64,000 nt of DNA from the human T2T-CHM13v2.0 reference genome, Homo sapiens (GCF_009914755.1 NC_060925.1), one strand, 5' to 3'. Shown: positions 1-15,686, numbered from the stretch's first letter. Notes: a model not told the origin generated them from the letters alone. Translations and numbers: made by a program.

Positions 1-1035
1 TTCTTTTTCTGGGCCAGTTGGAACTGAAGTTTCTTTCAAAGGTAGAAATGAGGGGTGATGGACATACAAAGAAATTCACCACATGTTATAATGTTACAAT
101 GGTTAAGGGAATAAGATTTAGAGTCCTATGCCTTTTTTGAGTTTTATACTTACTAGAAATCTGTAATTTACTGAAAAAGTAAATATTAATATTTATAGAA
201 TACAGAAAAAATTGAATGAGGTAAAATTTGTAACGTTCTTCGCATGGAGCTTAGCATGTAAGTGCTGTTTAAATGGTAGCCATCAAAACAATGATCCAGT
301 TATGCTTTAGTTTCCAGCATAACTTTGCCTCCAGAAGCCAATGGGTTAGTCAATGATTCTTCCTCACTGACATTAAAAGCCTTTTGGGTTCAATACATGT
401 GTATCTGTACCAAAGAATAAGTTCTCCCCAAAATAGACCTAATCCCAGTTGAAATTAAGTGCCTAAACCTAAAAACCAGATCGTAGACTGTACTAAATTG
501 TTCTTTGAAATGAGGTCTATATTTTGAGGTCTTTTAGGAAGGATTTTTCTAACCTTTATATATGCTAAAAGGGACTAATAGGATTTCTACATGTCAAGTA
601 TAAACCAGACAATTTTGTATTTTTACATCCTTCCAGTATATGTTGGGGGTGGGAAGAGCAGATTAGAACATATGAACATCTACTTTTCTTAGTCATTAAA
701 AATTAAAAATTATTCTAGTACTCTGTAATACTTTAGCTCATAGTTTCTTCTTCTCTTAATTTTTTATTTAATAACTATAAAAACACTTGGAAGGAGCCTA
801 TATCCATTTATGAATTGAGGAATCCTTTGCAGTGTGAATTATTTCACATTCTAACTTATCTATTTTAAATAAGATATTCAGATACTTTTTTTATATAAAT
901 TTTTTTTTTGTTTAGTAATGTAAAAGACTGTTTTATGGAAGAGAGGATACCTCTGTAAAGTTGTTTTCTAAACTGTCCCTCCCATCTCCCTATGAAAATC
1001 TGGCCAAACTATGACCCTTCCTCCCATGTGCTATG

Positions 1036-1063
1036 TCTCTATCTATCTATCTATCTATCTATC

Positions 1064-1110
<47 letters not shown>
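1036..1110. repeat. (TCTA)n tetranucleotide microsatellite with a TCTC interruption
   Basis: Directly visible TCTA/ATCT run of about 75 bp. Confidence 0.95.
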
Positions 1111-1111
<1 letters not shown>

Positions 1112-4100
1112 ATTTTGCAAATGATTTTAGAGATTTCATAGATGACCCTGAAGCTATTCATGGAGTCCAGATTCACCATTTCAAATATATGTGCAATAGT
1201 GTTTTATGTAACTACTATACCTGTATACCTTATTAAATGTGTGAGTGTGTATGCATATATGGATAGGTAAATAAATAAAGGGTATGAATGAGGAGAAAGA
1301 GTCAGGGCTAGTAACCTGTAATATCAATAATGCTTACGTGCCTCCCTAACTAGGGGTTGTTTTTGTTACTCGTAGCCTAAGTGTGGTTTGAAGTTTTTTC
1401 CTGCTTTCCAGGTAGCCAGCGATAAGACCATAACTGGCATATATGTATGTATATACATATGTCTACATGTATGTGTGTATGCATATGAATGTATGTATCT
1501 ATGTATTTTTATAACTTTTTTCCTTTTAAAACTAGAAAGTTTCAATGGAAGAATTGAACTCACTGAGATTTGGCCATTCTAAAATAGGTATTTAGTAGAA
1601 GAAGAAAAAAAAAACATGTGAAACAAGCAAGCAAAAAACCCAAGCAAACAAAAAAAAGATTCAGTGAGAGACATGAATGACAAAAGTTAATTTTCTGTAT
1701 TTGTATTATTTTAAATAAAACATATTTTTCTGGCAAGCTAAATTTTCTCTCTCATTTGTAACACACTGAAATTGTGACACAAAAATTTTATAAAGATAAA
1801 TTAATGAAATATACCTTGACACTTTAAAATAACTAGCAGGAATGATTTCACTGTTCATAAATGTCTAAAGTGTGCTTTTATTTTTTTCGGCTGTTGTGTA
1901 TTATAAAACTTTGATCATGTAGAAGGTGTGGAAGTTTTACATGAGTATTGGGTGCTCATTGAGTTGAAATTGAGAGTTCCTCTTTTCACTAATCCCCTCT
2001 AGAGTCCCCACTGAGCCCAAATTTTCTAAGCCATTCCAATTTCTAAGCTCCTCCAGAGAATAGTTTATCCTCTATATAAACTGAGTAAAATTTTAGTTCC
2101 AGCAGAAAGTCTGTTTTTTTTTTAAATCCTGTAAATTATTTCTTATTTTGCCTACCTTTAGCATGAGCATTTATGGCTATACAACACATCACCAGCCACA
2201 CTTGTTTATGAGCACTTACTATTGTTAAAACTCACTGTAGAATTTTCTAAATTAAATAGGTACACAACACCCAAAGAGTAATATAAATGGGTATTATCAG
2301 GGGAAGACCCTCTCAAAAGTCTCAAGTGGTGATATTTCTTGGTGGATTAGCTAAATCTGCCAACCATGACACTGGATTTGTCAGCCTCTGTCTGAGTGGA
2401 TCCATCCTCAGGAATAGACTTGAACTAACCAAACTTAGAGGAGTGCTGTATAAAATCTGAATGCCAGCTCATTCATCTACCATGAGAAATCGAATTGCTT
2501 GCAAGTCTAGAACACTTGTGTTGGCACAAATAATACATTTCCTCTCTATAGGCACACGTACAAAGAGCAAATCATCATCTGAAATTTGCCAGCATCAGGA
2601 CAAGGGGAGACTTGCTCCCAGGCTCTTTTCTGAGCCATTATATATTGATGTTTAAGTTTATTTTCACGGGATGATGTATATCTTCCTTTGTCTAAGTTCT
2701 TGTGGACAGGGTCTGCAAGGGGATTCATGGCTTTAAATTCCATTAGATCAGTGACCTGAATCTTTCAAATGAACGACAGATTCAAATCTCTGAGTTCCTC
2801 CATCATATTCCCACCTGGGTGCTCAATAAATGCTTAGTGACTTCTAAGCAAAATTGGAAGCATAGGCTCTATGCTATACTGCAGGATAGGAATGAATTTG
2901 AACCCAGAGAGATAGGCTCTTCTGGTTATCCAGAGGGGAATCTCTCTTAGCCAGGTTGGAGGTTTGTAAAGCCTGCCATTGCTATAACATAGGGTTTACT
3001 ACAAAATGATTGTTTTGGAAATGTGGCAAATCTTTTTCATATCAAATACCATATAGATTTAAAGGCTTTAATATTTTTATATAGTGTAACTCTTAACAAT
3101 TTGGTGCCAAAATAGTGATAAAAATATACAGCTAATCTATTCATTATGTTTGGCATGCATTTCATTTTAAAAACACCTGCATTAAATTTTTGTTTTTCAC
3201 TAGATATTATTTCAGATTCACTCTTGAAAACTGTCATTTTTTTCCTAATGCTAACTCAGAAAATAGAAAGTGAAAGACAAGATTATGGGATCAACAGGCA
3301 AATGCTGCCTTCTTATTAGCTGTATATCTTATGAACTTTGGCATGTATCACTCATTTTTATTCATCTGTAAAATGGAAATAATTGTAGCTATGTACCTAT
3401 GCAAATGGCAGTTGTGAAGATCAATATAAGACTTTAAGAAGTATCCATCATCTAATAAGCACTACTGTATGCTTGCAGGTGTTAGTGTCAATTTTACACA
3501 ATTTTTTTTCTAGATCAGGCTTCACTTACCAGATGGATGCATTTACACCTAATCAACTTTCTACCATCACTGAGCTTGAAAAATCTCTATCCAGTGTGAC
3601 TGAGAAAAATGCATGCATTTTTGCATTTCTTAAAAACTGGCTTAATTCTGTGAAATTTTCCTTTGCATTTAAAAATCCTAAGCTAACCAACTAAATAAAA
3701 TAAAAATTAAATACAATGTGATGCTAACATTTAAAACCATGCATACAAGTTTGAACTCTATTCAGCTTCAATGCAGAAAATTCAGTGCTGAGAAAGGACT
3801 GTGTCACAATTGCACATGGACAAAATACTGCCTTTTAGCACACATTTAACTCCAGGGAAAGACCTGATATAAAATTCTTCCCTCCCTCCCATTTTCTCTC
3901 TCTCTTGTCCTTTTCTTTCTTCTTTTATCTCTCCCTCCCACACATATTTAATCAGGAATCTTCTATATTTCATGTACTATATTAGGTTCAGGGACGATAG
4001 TAGTGAACAAATCAGCTATGGTGTCTGCCCTCATAGAACTTACAATTTAGAAGGAAAGTCGGATAAAAAATAACAACAGCAACCACAAAAATACTAATAA

Positions 4101-7100
4101 AGGCATAATTGCAAACTGTATTGAACACCTCACCATACTTCCCCTTTCTTGCCAGGAAGACAAAGGATGTCCTGGGGAAATTCATTTGGATGTAATGCAT
4201 TACATAAGAAATGCTCTTCCAAACAAAGCTATTCTTCAAGTTCTGTTCACGAATATGTATGTAAAAATTGACTTCACTTCTATTCCTAATGTCTTATCAT
4301 TCATAATAATGTGTGATGGTTTTGTGCTTTAAAACTATAGTTGTATCTTATTTTAGAGTTGAGTAGATATATGGACTATTTTTAAGCATTGGTTATAGCA
4401 TGGGCTGCAAAATCTTTATGAGACTATACAAGGGAATTATGTAAAAATATAACTATTGAGCCAGAATCCAACTTGTTAGAGTTTTAAAGGTACGAGAACT
4501 CTCAAATATCAGTTTCCTCATCTATCAAATTAAGGAGATGGATTAGATGGTCTCAGAGGCCCTTTGTAGATATAAACTGTTACAAATTGTCAGAGAACCA
4601 TTTTTATATTAAAACATTTAATGTACTATATAAACAGTTATCTAGGGATTTAAAAAGCTTTTGTGTTGATAAAAATGCATAATTTGTAGGCTCTCACATT
4701 ATTCTAGTTTTATTCTTTTTTCTTTATAATAGAAGATCATTTCTAATCTCATGAGAACTTTTCTTATAGTTAGACAATTACAGATTTTTAATTTTCTTGT
4801 ATCTGGCACCCTGAGAAGCCAGAAACTGCACTTATGGTACATTCTGTAGCTTGCAGTGATCTACTTTTATTCACATATTGGTAGTATCTGTATTTTCTAA
4901 TACAACGAGTTGCATCTGTTTTCAATTTGATTTTTCTTATAAGTGGATAAAAAAAGTGATTTGAGATTCTTGACAGAAGTCTGCACTATGTCTTTCCCAA
5001 CAAGTAATATTATGATACATGGTAATCCCTTTGTGAAAGCCTCATAAATGTTGGTGAATTGGAAGCAGTATTAAGAGTAAACCAAAGCCCACTTATATTC
5101 TGTACCATTTGAACACACTTGCTTCACAAAAATGCAACCAAATTAGGAAGACTTCCATTTTCCTATGAATACTCAAGACTTGGAGACTTCCATGTGTAAC
5201 TAACAGACAACAAGATAGCTTTCCAACAATATATCATAACCTCTCTGCATTGGGTTTGAAGGAAAGATATATTTGTAGAGCCACCCAGACATAGACTATA
5301 AATTTAATGAAGGATGTATGTAAAAAATGACTTCCATCTTTATTAATGCCATTTCATTTCATTATTAAACTTGAAACATCTCACAATTCTTGCTGGTACT
5401 TGTTTTCTAATGTTTTTTTTTCTTCTTTTCTATTGAGAATCATTTATGACCAGATTATGTGTGTTGTCCTTAAAACAGATATTCTGTCCATTTGTTTACT
5501 TTCTCTCCTTTGCCCTCTTCAGTCTCCATATCAGGCATTATCCTCAAAATTATTTATTATCAGTTAAATTTATAAAATGCTTTCTGAGGCCCAACAACAA
5601 TCCTTTCTATTTTTTTTTTTTTTTTTTTAGTTAGGCAGACCCTTACAGCCATGTTTTATGTTGACATAAAAATGTCAACACTCTGATTATTAAAGTATGT
5701 GTTCTATATATGGTCAATGTTAGTTACAGTCAGTCTGGTCTGTAGTCATATGGACGGATTTGATAAGCCGAGTGATCCATATCCTTCTCTTCAAGCATGA
5801 TAGATCATTAAGAACCCATTTTTCAAAAATGGCATCTGCTTCTTTAAACAAATATGTTTTATTTCATATGTAAAATTCCATGTGCTTTGTAAGGTTAAAT
5901 TTTGAGGAAATACATCATTTGATTTATGGGGCAATTAGTTGTATTAAATTTTGTTTTTTTGCTCAATTCATCCGTGATGACACTACAAATTTTTCTTTGT
6001 AAAACATCATTTCAGTGTGTCACTCCTCTGCTTGAAGCCCTTTAGTCATTTTCATTGGGATCTCTAGGATGAAATCCAAATGTCATAGCCTGACTTTATG
6101 ACCATCCATTGTCTGGTCCTGACACAGGCTTCCAGCCTCATCTTCTTCTTTTTTATCTGAGCACTTCACTGCAGCCAGATGTAGTCACTCATGTTCTCAA
6201 CATATTTGGAGTACTTCGGTCTCTGTCTCAGTGTTCTTGCTCAGATTCTCTCTTCTGTCTGGTTTGAATTTGCCTCTTTTTTTATTTACAGAAAACATTT
6301 CTGTCTTTCATAGTCAGATTACTTTACTTTGCCTGTGAAGCCATTGCTGAAACACTTCAGCAATGGCTGAAACAACTAGGGGAAGAGAAGGGAATTTAGC
6401 TGGGGAGGGAGAAAACTAAGATCGTGTAAGTATGTGGACTGTGAAAATACTGTGATGGCATTACCATGTGGAAGTACTGTGAGGGCATTTTACATACATT
6501 TTTTCAACAGCATTTCTTGTATTATGAATTTCTTTTATTTATTAAGAACATCAGTATTATTACCATTATGACCAATTTCATTGACATTAGTATATACCCA
6601 CCTTTATTATGTGTAGAGCAAAACACTTTGTTTTGGATGCACAAAGAAGTAGGAGATATGGTTTTTGATACTGGAGCAAGGACAGGAATTTTTATGAAAA
6701 AAAAATAAGAAATGCAAAAACATTCAGTAAATCTGAGTCCTAATGACTGAAAGTGTGGTCATCATTACTTAGTACCTGGAAAACCATCTTGAACAAAAAC
6801 ATTTATTTTATGATAAATGTGATTGTTTCATATTGTTATGTGATAATAAGTCTTAGATGCTTCCCTTATCCTTAGGGGGAAAGAAACAGAAAAAAAAAAG
6901 GGATACTTTTCACAGAAAATAAAAATGTTGCACAGTATTTATTGCTTGGTTACTTGAAATGTGACCACTTACACCTAAATTTCAAAAAATGTTTTTGTTT
7001 ATCATTAATAGCTTGACTATAGCTTAATATCCAGCTCTGTTCAGTGTCTTATGCCTCATTACAAAAGAAAATTTTCATGGTGATATGCAGTCTTAAAAGA

Positions 7101-7994
7101 TACGTAAACCAGAGAAAGATGAGGTGATCAAAGGTTATCATGACTAAAATTATAAGATCATCCAAGGAGTACCTGCCCAGACATGCACCATTTGTCTAAA
7201 GGGAAATTATCTTTGTTAGTGCAGAAACTTTCTATGGATTCAAAGTTTTTCTTGTTCACAATGAGGCATTAACACCTTTTTAAAACCCAATTTCTTTATG
7301 ATTTTTAAAGACTATTTTTCAAGAATACACTACTTGGTATTAAATTCTAACCTGAAATATTTTTCTATTCTCTTTAATGCAATGCTTTTCCCATTATATT
7401 GTTACTTATTCACTTTATTATAAAAATGACTCTTTTAGTGACATTGCAATTATTTTTCTATAATTAGTATGCTGTAATATATTATAATATACTATATATA
7501 ATTATAATATAGTATAATACAATAATTAATATGCCCCATTTACTGAAATTGGATTTGATAATTTGCTAAGTGGGTTTCTTTTACAAATTGCATCTGGAAG
7601 AATAAAATCTGGAAAGAAAGAATGGAAGAAGAAGGGATTGCACATGTTAGCACTATTATGTTTTTAAATAAGTTCTTATCTCTTGAGACAGCGAACTGTC
7701 AATAATATCTCTGCATGTCTCCCCTCACTGGTTTTGTACACTATAGTCTCATTTTAAATGTATTATTCAAGATAGAAAACTTGAAATTTGAACATGGGTT
7801 AAACCAGCATTTTGTTTTGAATGTACACTAACCAGAATTAGAAAGAGTCCTATCTTCAGTAATGACCGAAATAAATTTCACACCAGTCCAGGATGTGCCG
7901 GAGTCATTTGATCACCCAAAGGACCTGAAACAGCAATGATATAAAACTGCGAATGTTTTCTGATATCACTTACACTTCTCTTTCTCTCTTATAG

Positions 7995-8166
7995 GTATTA
8001 AAATGGGTAGAAGAAGCAGTACAGGCCTCCAAAGTTCACCTTTTATCCACAGATCATTTGGAACAGGCTGTAAATACTTGGAGAATTCCTTTTGATCCCA
8101 GCCTGAAAGAGGTCACTGTGTCTTTGAGTGGGCCTTCTCCAATGATTGAAATTCGCAATCCTTTAG
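7995..8166 (+). CDS. HMCN1: Hemicentin-1 internal exon (probably exon 5), 172 bp, end of VWA domain/start of hemicentin region
   Basis: Pyrimidine tract + atag acceptor, AG|gtgaga donor. Translates [57 protein letters not shown](G). Ends in phase 1, matching the next exon. Confidence 0.93.
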
Positions 8167-9223
8167 GTGAGATATATCAAACATCACATAATAAAATACA
8201 AAATACATAGAGGGTAAAATACTTTTCACACACTTGTTTTTGTCAAGTTAATGCCAACTTCATGAATAAATTCAATAAATTCAGAAGTGGCTAAGGAAGG
8301 TGTTTAAAAAATGTAACATTTTGAAAGTGCTAACTATTGTTGAATTAACATGAGATGCAAAAAGTTAAAACTTCTCGTATTTAAAGAGGTCAGATGTAGT
8401 ATACTAATTATATTTAAATGATCCAAAATAAAAATATTTAAATAAAACCTGAAACTTTATATGAGGAGATATTTTACAGTAACTTACTCTGTCAAATTCA
8501 GTATTTTACATTATTTTTAAATGGCTCACACCAAGTAACTCTTAAAATAACTAATTTTCCACTCTATCATTTTCTTGATAAATTTTAATTTTACAGAAGA
8601 TATTTGTTAAAAACCAAATTTATATTCTTAGTAAAGGGAACTTTTAATAATTCACTTTGCCTCTTAAGTATATTTTATAACCATATGATTTGTTTGGTAC
8701 CATTGCTAGTTGATAACTACAATAAGATTTACATCAAATAACAATCTAGTAAAGACAGAAATCTTTAATCGTTTCTTAACATTTTCATTTAGAAATATTT
8801 TTTACCTAATATTTGCAAAATAGTTATATTTCCACTGTGGCTTTAGTTGCATTTTTTTTCTCTATATTTATAAATAGGGAAGGGGATAACTGGTTTTCTT
8901 ACTTAAATAACTAATTTCCAAAAGAAAACAACCTATGAAATTGTTCTCAGAGGCCACAAACACATTGAAATTTACAAGACAAATACAACGTCTTTCTCAA
9001 GACTTATACAAGTTTGAGCTTATAAATGGATTTTCCTGTTGAAGTAGCATTCTACTGCAATAACATCCATGTTACCAAGGAAAGACTTGTGTTTTCTACT
9101 ACCTGGAGACTCAGAGTACCTGTACCCATTGCATTATGTTTCTACTACTTTAAAAAGTCACTGGGCATACAATGATTGTAAAACTTTTGATTCAAACATA
9201 GGATGCTTATAACTTATTTCTTT

Positions 9224-9527
9224 CTTCCTTCTTTTTTTTTTTTTTTTGACATGGAGTCTTGCTCTGTCACCCAGGCTGAAGTGCAGTAGCATGACCTCAG
9301 CTCATTGCAACCTCTCCCTCCTGGGTTCAAACGATTCTCCTGCCTCAGCCTCCTGAGTAGCAGGGATTACAGGTGCGCACCACCACGCCTGGCTAATTTT
9401 TGTATTTTTAGTAGAGACAGGGTTTCACCATGTTGGTCAGGCTGGTTTTGAACTTCTGACCTTGTGATCTGCCCACCTCGGCCTCCCAAAGTGTTGGGAT
9501 TACAGGCGTGAGCCACCGTGCCTGGCC
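9224..9527 (-). mobile_element. AluS (Sg/Sc-like) SINE
   Basis: Full dimeric Alu in reverse with poly-T. 14-bp TSD TAACTTATTTCTTT at 9210-9223 and 9528-9541. Confidence 0.92.
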
Positions 9528-10332
9528 TAACTTATTTCTTTATATAACTGGAGAAGTAGTCCATGGGAAAGTCAAGAGTTAAGTGAAAAACTGAACTGTG
9601 GCTTAATGCCAAATTTGCTTTTCCTCTTTTCTAAGTTCCAACTATTAGACACTTTAGATAAATGTCAGGTCAGTAGGCAATGGTATCATGCTACTTCATT
9701 GCACTGCCTCTTTTAATTATTCCTATGACAGATAAAAGCCTTCTCCTGTGCTTCATGGGAAACCGGTTAAGGTTTTACACTTTGTGTAAAGATATGCCCA
9801 GGGCTCTCATGTTAGTAATACTTTGAGTGCTCTCTAGAACGACATTTATTCTGGTTTGCTGTGTTTTCCATCTATTTAATCTAAATCTCTCTAGTGACTC
9901 TGCATAACATTTTTGGTAGCCATAGTAATTACTATCTAGGCTGGCTTCGGAAATATGATTACAGTCTGCTAATTGTTATTCTCATTTGATGATCAAGTCA
10001 GCATAACAAATAGTAATCCATTATTTCATAAGGTTTCCAATGCCTGGACACCTTAAAATTAAGTATATTTTAGAAATAAATAAAATAATGTTTTGAGCTA
10101 TGGGTATAAGTGTCAATCAGGTCATAAGATACTGGAAATTGAATGTGTTTTATTTTAGCCACAGAACAGAAAATAAAGACTCTTTGGGTTAGTTTGCAGC
10201 ACACTTTGGTAAAAAATGAGCCAGTGTTATTTGAAATTTGATCATGCTCTTAGTTTTATGTAGTGTTAAATTAGCTAATATACATAGCTGAGAGAAGGAT
10301 TGTGCTTGTTACCTTTATGTTCTGTCTTTCAG

Positions 10333-10439
10333 GGAAGCTGATAAAAAAGGGATTTGGCCTGCATGAGCTATTAAATATCCATAACTCTGCCAAAGTAGTG
10401 AATGTGAAAGAGCCAGAGGCTGGAATGTGGACAGTGAAG
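10333..10439 (+). CDS. HMCN1: Hemicentin-1 internal exon (probably exon 6), 107 bp
   Basis: tttcag acceptor, AAG|gtacgg donor. (G)KLIKKGFGLHELLNIHNSAKVVNVKEPEAGMWTVK, phase 1 to 0. Confidence 0.93.
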
Positions 10440-11199
10440 GTACGGTTGTTTCACAAAGTTTGTTTATTGTTTTATTTTGAAGTTGGCATTTTTCATGAAG
10501 TATACACAATGGTTTTTTTAAACATACACTCTTGCTATCATGGAGAGTGCTTGTAATAAAAAGCAACGTACATAGGTGTTTGTAGGAGGTGTCTTGATCA
10601 CATGAATTTGGTAGTTTTCAGTTTGAGGACCATGAATGTCATCATTGCCACACGATACACTTACAATTCTCAGATAGTTTTCCTATCATCAAATCTGTAG
10701 ATTTATTTTATTATCTACTTCATGCTTACAAAATAATCAGAGATGGAGCCAACACAGAATAACGGTTAGAGCCATAGGCTCTGTTTTGAAACTGCCTGGG
10801 TTTGAATCTTAACACCACGCCTTAACGGCTGCACTGCCTGGGGAGCAGAACTTCTCTGTGCATGGCTTTCCTTCTCTGTCATGTGGAGATGATAGTCACT
10901 GTCCTTTACTTTACAGAATTGGGCTGAGAATTAAATTAATATGATACACCTGAAATAGTATCATTTCTGTTTCAAAGCAAGCATTCAAGTGCTGTGTTGG
11001 CTTTTTTTTATTTGGTGGATTTCTATTCATTTTCTTCTTTAGCACAACGTGGTATTTATATCCTAAACTTATCTTAAGTGGTATATATTTCCTCTAAGAA
11101 AGCATTGTATTTTGGCAGTACGGAGGAAAAAATATACACTCAAAATTCAAGATACCATAAATCGGAGATCTAGTTCTGCTGCAGATTTTGTGTGTGTCC

Positions 11200-11530
11200 C
11201 ACTGTGGCAGATGCCCTGAGTGACTTGCCCATATTTCTCAGGCTTTTCAGTGTACTTCCCAATCTAGTATCTGCATTTCTGTGTCTTGGAGGTTTTTTCC
11301 TAGAACAGGAAAAGGTTGTTCGGCTGAGGAATTAACACCCCTCGGGAGCAGCTATTAGCACCTGAAGGAACACACTCCAGGTGTCCACTGTGGGAACAGG
11401 CTTAAAACACACCCTTTGTGGGCCTCTTCCCATTCCTGTATTATCTCCTCTCTTCCTATTAGCATTCCTTCCAGCTGTCAAATAAACAACTTGCTCTAGA
11501 ATCTTTCTGGGAGAACTCAAATGAAGATAT
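11200..11530 (+). mobile_element. Old ERVL-type LTR fragment (LTR16-like)
   Basis: Degenerate resemblance to the LTR16 3' part (AATAAACAACTTGC...TTCTGGGAGAACTCAAA). Boundaries approximate. Confidence 0.4.
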
Positions 11531-14500
11531 CCTGTACATTGTTTACTCTTTCATTGTCTGTTTCCTTACATAAAAAATGGAATTAATGGGATCATACTTC
11601 AAATTATAGAGCTGCTGTGAAAATATGTGGAGCTGATATACCGTAGAAATTCAAAGAGCCATTTTTCATGCCAGTCAGTTTTTTTTTTAAAGAATAACTC
11701 CATTAATGTCCCCAGTTTAAAGAATGAATGTTTACCTTGTAACTCCATTCAAATCCTAAGATACTAGTTTTTTATTCTCAGAACTCTAAGCCCTGTAGGA
11801 AAAATAGACACTCTTGTGTAGATTATTTCAAGGTGGATAATAAAAGGGCATAGGTGAAAAGGCATGTGAAAGAAAATCTGGTAACTTCTTAATGAATGGG
11901 CCAGAAATGGCCCTTCCTGCCTGTTTTTTTTCCACCCAGTTCCTTGCACATAATGCCTGGTATTTATTGAGTGTATTAGATTGACGAGTTGTTTTGCTGC
12001 TACAATATTTTAAATAAATGTGGCCAAATTTTATGTAATGGTTATTTTGACTAACTTGCCAAAAATATCACTAGCATTGAGTCTGACTTTTTGTGACCAC
12101 AGTAGGAAGGAATTAGAAGAAGTGTCGAGTCTCTTCATCCCTCAAATACTTTAATTTAAGCATGACTTAGCCAGCGGTGTCTTGAGCTAGCAAGTCCACT
12201 GGAGTAATTTTTTCTTGCTTTCTGAATATTGACCTTAAGTAGTCCATTATTGACTGTGAAATACGTGCACGTGAGGCCATTCTTCCATGTTAGTAGCAAT
12301 TTATTGTGCAGTACTTGTACCTATTTCCAGGTGATTTGGACTGGTACCAGTGGTATTTCCTCTAGTAAAACTCTTGCCCAGAGGAGGGATATTGCATGAC
12401 TGTTATTTTACCTTGTGCCTCACACAAATATTCATTCAGTCATGCATTCAATAAACATTTACTGACTGCTCTTGGCCATGTTCTGTGCTACTTACTTAAT
12501 GGACATTACGCACATTTTAATTGATAATTAGAACAGAGAAGTAATGAGGATTAGTTCTATGAGTGAGCAGAGCCTTTGATCAGGTGATGAGGTGATGAGA
12601 ACTCTGTTTAGACAAGTCTCTAAGCTCAGTCTCCTATAATTAAGGGAACAATAAAAAGACACAGTATCTATTATTATTTTATCTTAAATGTTTATCTAGC
12701 CTTCACCAAAAGAGCCTCCAGCTCAGATTTACAGCATTTCTAGTGTAGGATTAGTGCTAACAACAACTAAACAAAGAATAAGCATTATAATGAAACTTAA
12801 AAATAACAAACTTATTTTGCTTCTATATGAAATACCAAAAGAATGTATCAGGTTGTTACAAAGGAAATTGAACTGAATCTGATGACATAAAATATTGCTG
12901 TTGACTTTGGATTTCCCTTTTGGATGTCTAATGAATGATAAATGTTTTACATGTGCACTTTCTCAAGATGAGAAATGTCTGATATTAGATAGTGTTTCCC
13001 TGGTGCTATCTCCCATGCACTGGACTATCTGGAAAAGGTCTGCTCTATCACTGAAATTAATATTGGCTTTTTGAATGTTTCACATAACAGTTTTTATCCC
13101 AAATATGGAGAACGATCTATCTATTACTTAACTTTACCTTGAGGCTCAAGGACCACCCAATTGAGCCTCAAGCCAATCTTTCTAGTTATCTTCTATCACT
13201 TGTCTTTACATTTTTGTCAAATATAATTTTGTACTGTCTCTCTCCCCCCACCACATTCTCTTACCCCATGCTTTCTTTCAAGCTGTTCCTTCCCCTTATA
13301 ATGCCTTTTCTTGCATTCTGACTTATAACTATCCCACAAAGTTCAGCTCAAATGACAAAACTTTCATCAAACTTTGTCAGATTTTTTTTTCCCTAAAATG
13401 TTCTTTTCTCTCTGGCTTTCTATTAAATTTTTCTGCACTTCCCTTTTGGATTAATTTCTCCCTTATATCATTTTTATTTCTGTACATATTTTCTCTGTCT
13501 CTTTTTCTATAGACCAGATTTTGCCACTAGTATATGCCACAGTGCCTGAGAAAGAACTATATAAATATTTATGAATAAAAATTAATACATTTATTCTGAG
13601 GATATCCAGGGAAGCAGGCAGAAGAACTGGTTTACTTAGCCTGTAGTGGAGGTGCTAGCATGGAACACTAATACGTTTACGATTTAAAATGATAAGAGAG
13701 TGGCAGTTTCTTTTCTTCTGTGATTTTTCTGGTAAGTACTTTACTGTTCCATCTTAGGGCACTTTCACTAAGCAGAGATAAAGAGTCAACTCATTTGTAT
13801 AATTCACATAAGTACTCAAATATTTTAGGTTTCCTCTGATGCAGGTAAAGCACGTTAAAAAGAAGTAACTGGAAATAACATAAAGTTTTATTAAAAACAG
13901 AAGAGAAGATTGTTTTATGCTCCTAAATTTCCATTTGTAGGAAAGCTACAGATCATGGATCTTATTTCTGAGAAGCAATATGATTTTTCCATTCAGCAAC
14001 TAATATAGAGTATTTGAATGTAACCACAGAAACTCTTGAGCCAAATTTTGTCCTCTGCTTTTTAAAGGAAACTCCCTGCAAAGACATTAAATAATTGTCA
14101 GCACCCAATGGGTTTAGGTGGTACAAATGTTTATATTAGTCTAGGATTATCAGTGTGATCATTTAATTTAACATATCCCCTGGGGTATGTTTCTATTAAG
14201 TACATTTGGATAAACTGTCTTTAGATAATCTCCCAAGTACAGAAGGGTGTGTACCCAACCGCATGATTATACTGGGATTCTGAGACTAGTAGAAATATTT
14301 TGGTTTTGGATAGTTATGTTGGTAGCCAGAGCCTACTAATGCCTTTTCTACTGGGTAAGGATATTTTAAAAATCATACTCAAGTGGCATAAGCTTGTTTA
14401 GGAATCATAATTAAATTAACCTTGAGTCTAAAAGGACCACACATGAAGATTATTATGCTGGCCTCCTATTAGTCTTTCCTGGTGACTCTTATGAATAAGC

Positions 14501-14699
14501 CTGTAGTCTATACAAGGTGTGTTAAGTAAATAGATTAGGTGTAGCATTAATGTTTTGGGTCAGTGGCATGTTTGATAATAGATTTTTCCTGGAAAATTTT
14601 CCAGTTTTTTGGCCTTCCAATATCGGACTGTCAACCAAATAGAATGCTTCCTTTATAAAAAAGACATGTGTACACTTAGGTACACATGCACATTTTTAT

Positions 14700-14749
14700 G
14701 TATATGTGTGTGCATATGCGTGTGTGCATATGTGTGTGTGTGTGTGTGT
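14700..14749. repeat. (TG)n/(TA)n compound microsatellite
   Basis: Directly visible. Confidence 0.85.
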
Positions 14750-15686
14750 ATTTAAGTAGAATTTATGTTTTGGATACATTTCCTTATCACACATTTCTCC
14801 AAATGCATAATGCCCAACAAAATAATGGTATTTAAATCTAGCTTCTATGATTGTGTCTTTGACACAATGCCTAGCTCACAGTAGGTTCTTAATAAATATT
14901 TTATTGAAACCATCTATTCTTTAATTTGTAAAGAATTCAAAACTTAAGAGCAAATACTTTGAAAAGAGGTCGACATCTATTTGAATTCAAGATTCATTAC
15001 TTAAAGTCTTTTTGTTCATGGAGAAATTACTTAACCTCTCTAAGTCTGAGGAAAGTGGGGGAAAATAGTGGCTACCCAATATTGTCATGGTTAAATGAGA
15101 TATTGGTAAAGTGCTTCAGCAGTTTCTGACACATGAATTAGTTGTTACTAAAAATGTTGACGCATGAATTCTGACACAGGTTAATTAGTTGTTCTCTTGA
15201 ATACATGTAAATCATACATTGTATCTTTACTTTCTTTTAATGCATATACACTGAATTTTTCTTTAGTTTTTGTGTTTGTCTTACTTTGGGCACATTTACT
15301 ATTTTATAAAACATTGAAACTCTGTTGGAGAGAGAAAAACCATCTCTATCAGTCAAATTTTAATTCAATTTATAAAAGGTAAGGTTTCATATTTAGTGCT
15401 AGGAGGAATTCTCCCTGGCTTAATACAAGAAAGTTAATTCCTCGCTAATGTTCTGTGTTCCATGGGGTCTGGTAGAGTATTCTGCTTCACAGTCACTCAG
15501 GAACCCAAGCTGATGGAGGCTCTGCCATAATTTAGAACATGCAGCATCTTCAGTCACTTAATGAGGAAAAAACCTGGAGGATGTGGCATTGAATAAATAA
15601 AAAGAAATTTGTGTTACTTCTGTCTCATCCCAGAAGTGACACATTTCACTCCCTTATTACCCAGTAGGCAAGCTGTTATCGTGGCC

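Noticed and set aside
1033-1582. ORFs with IYLS and VCIY repeats
   Set aside because: They are translations of (TCTA)n and TA/TG low-complexity DNA.
7475-7520. AT-only quasi-palindrome
   Set aside because: Low-complexity TA sequence where self-complementarity is expected by chance.
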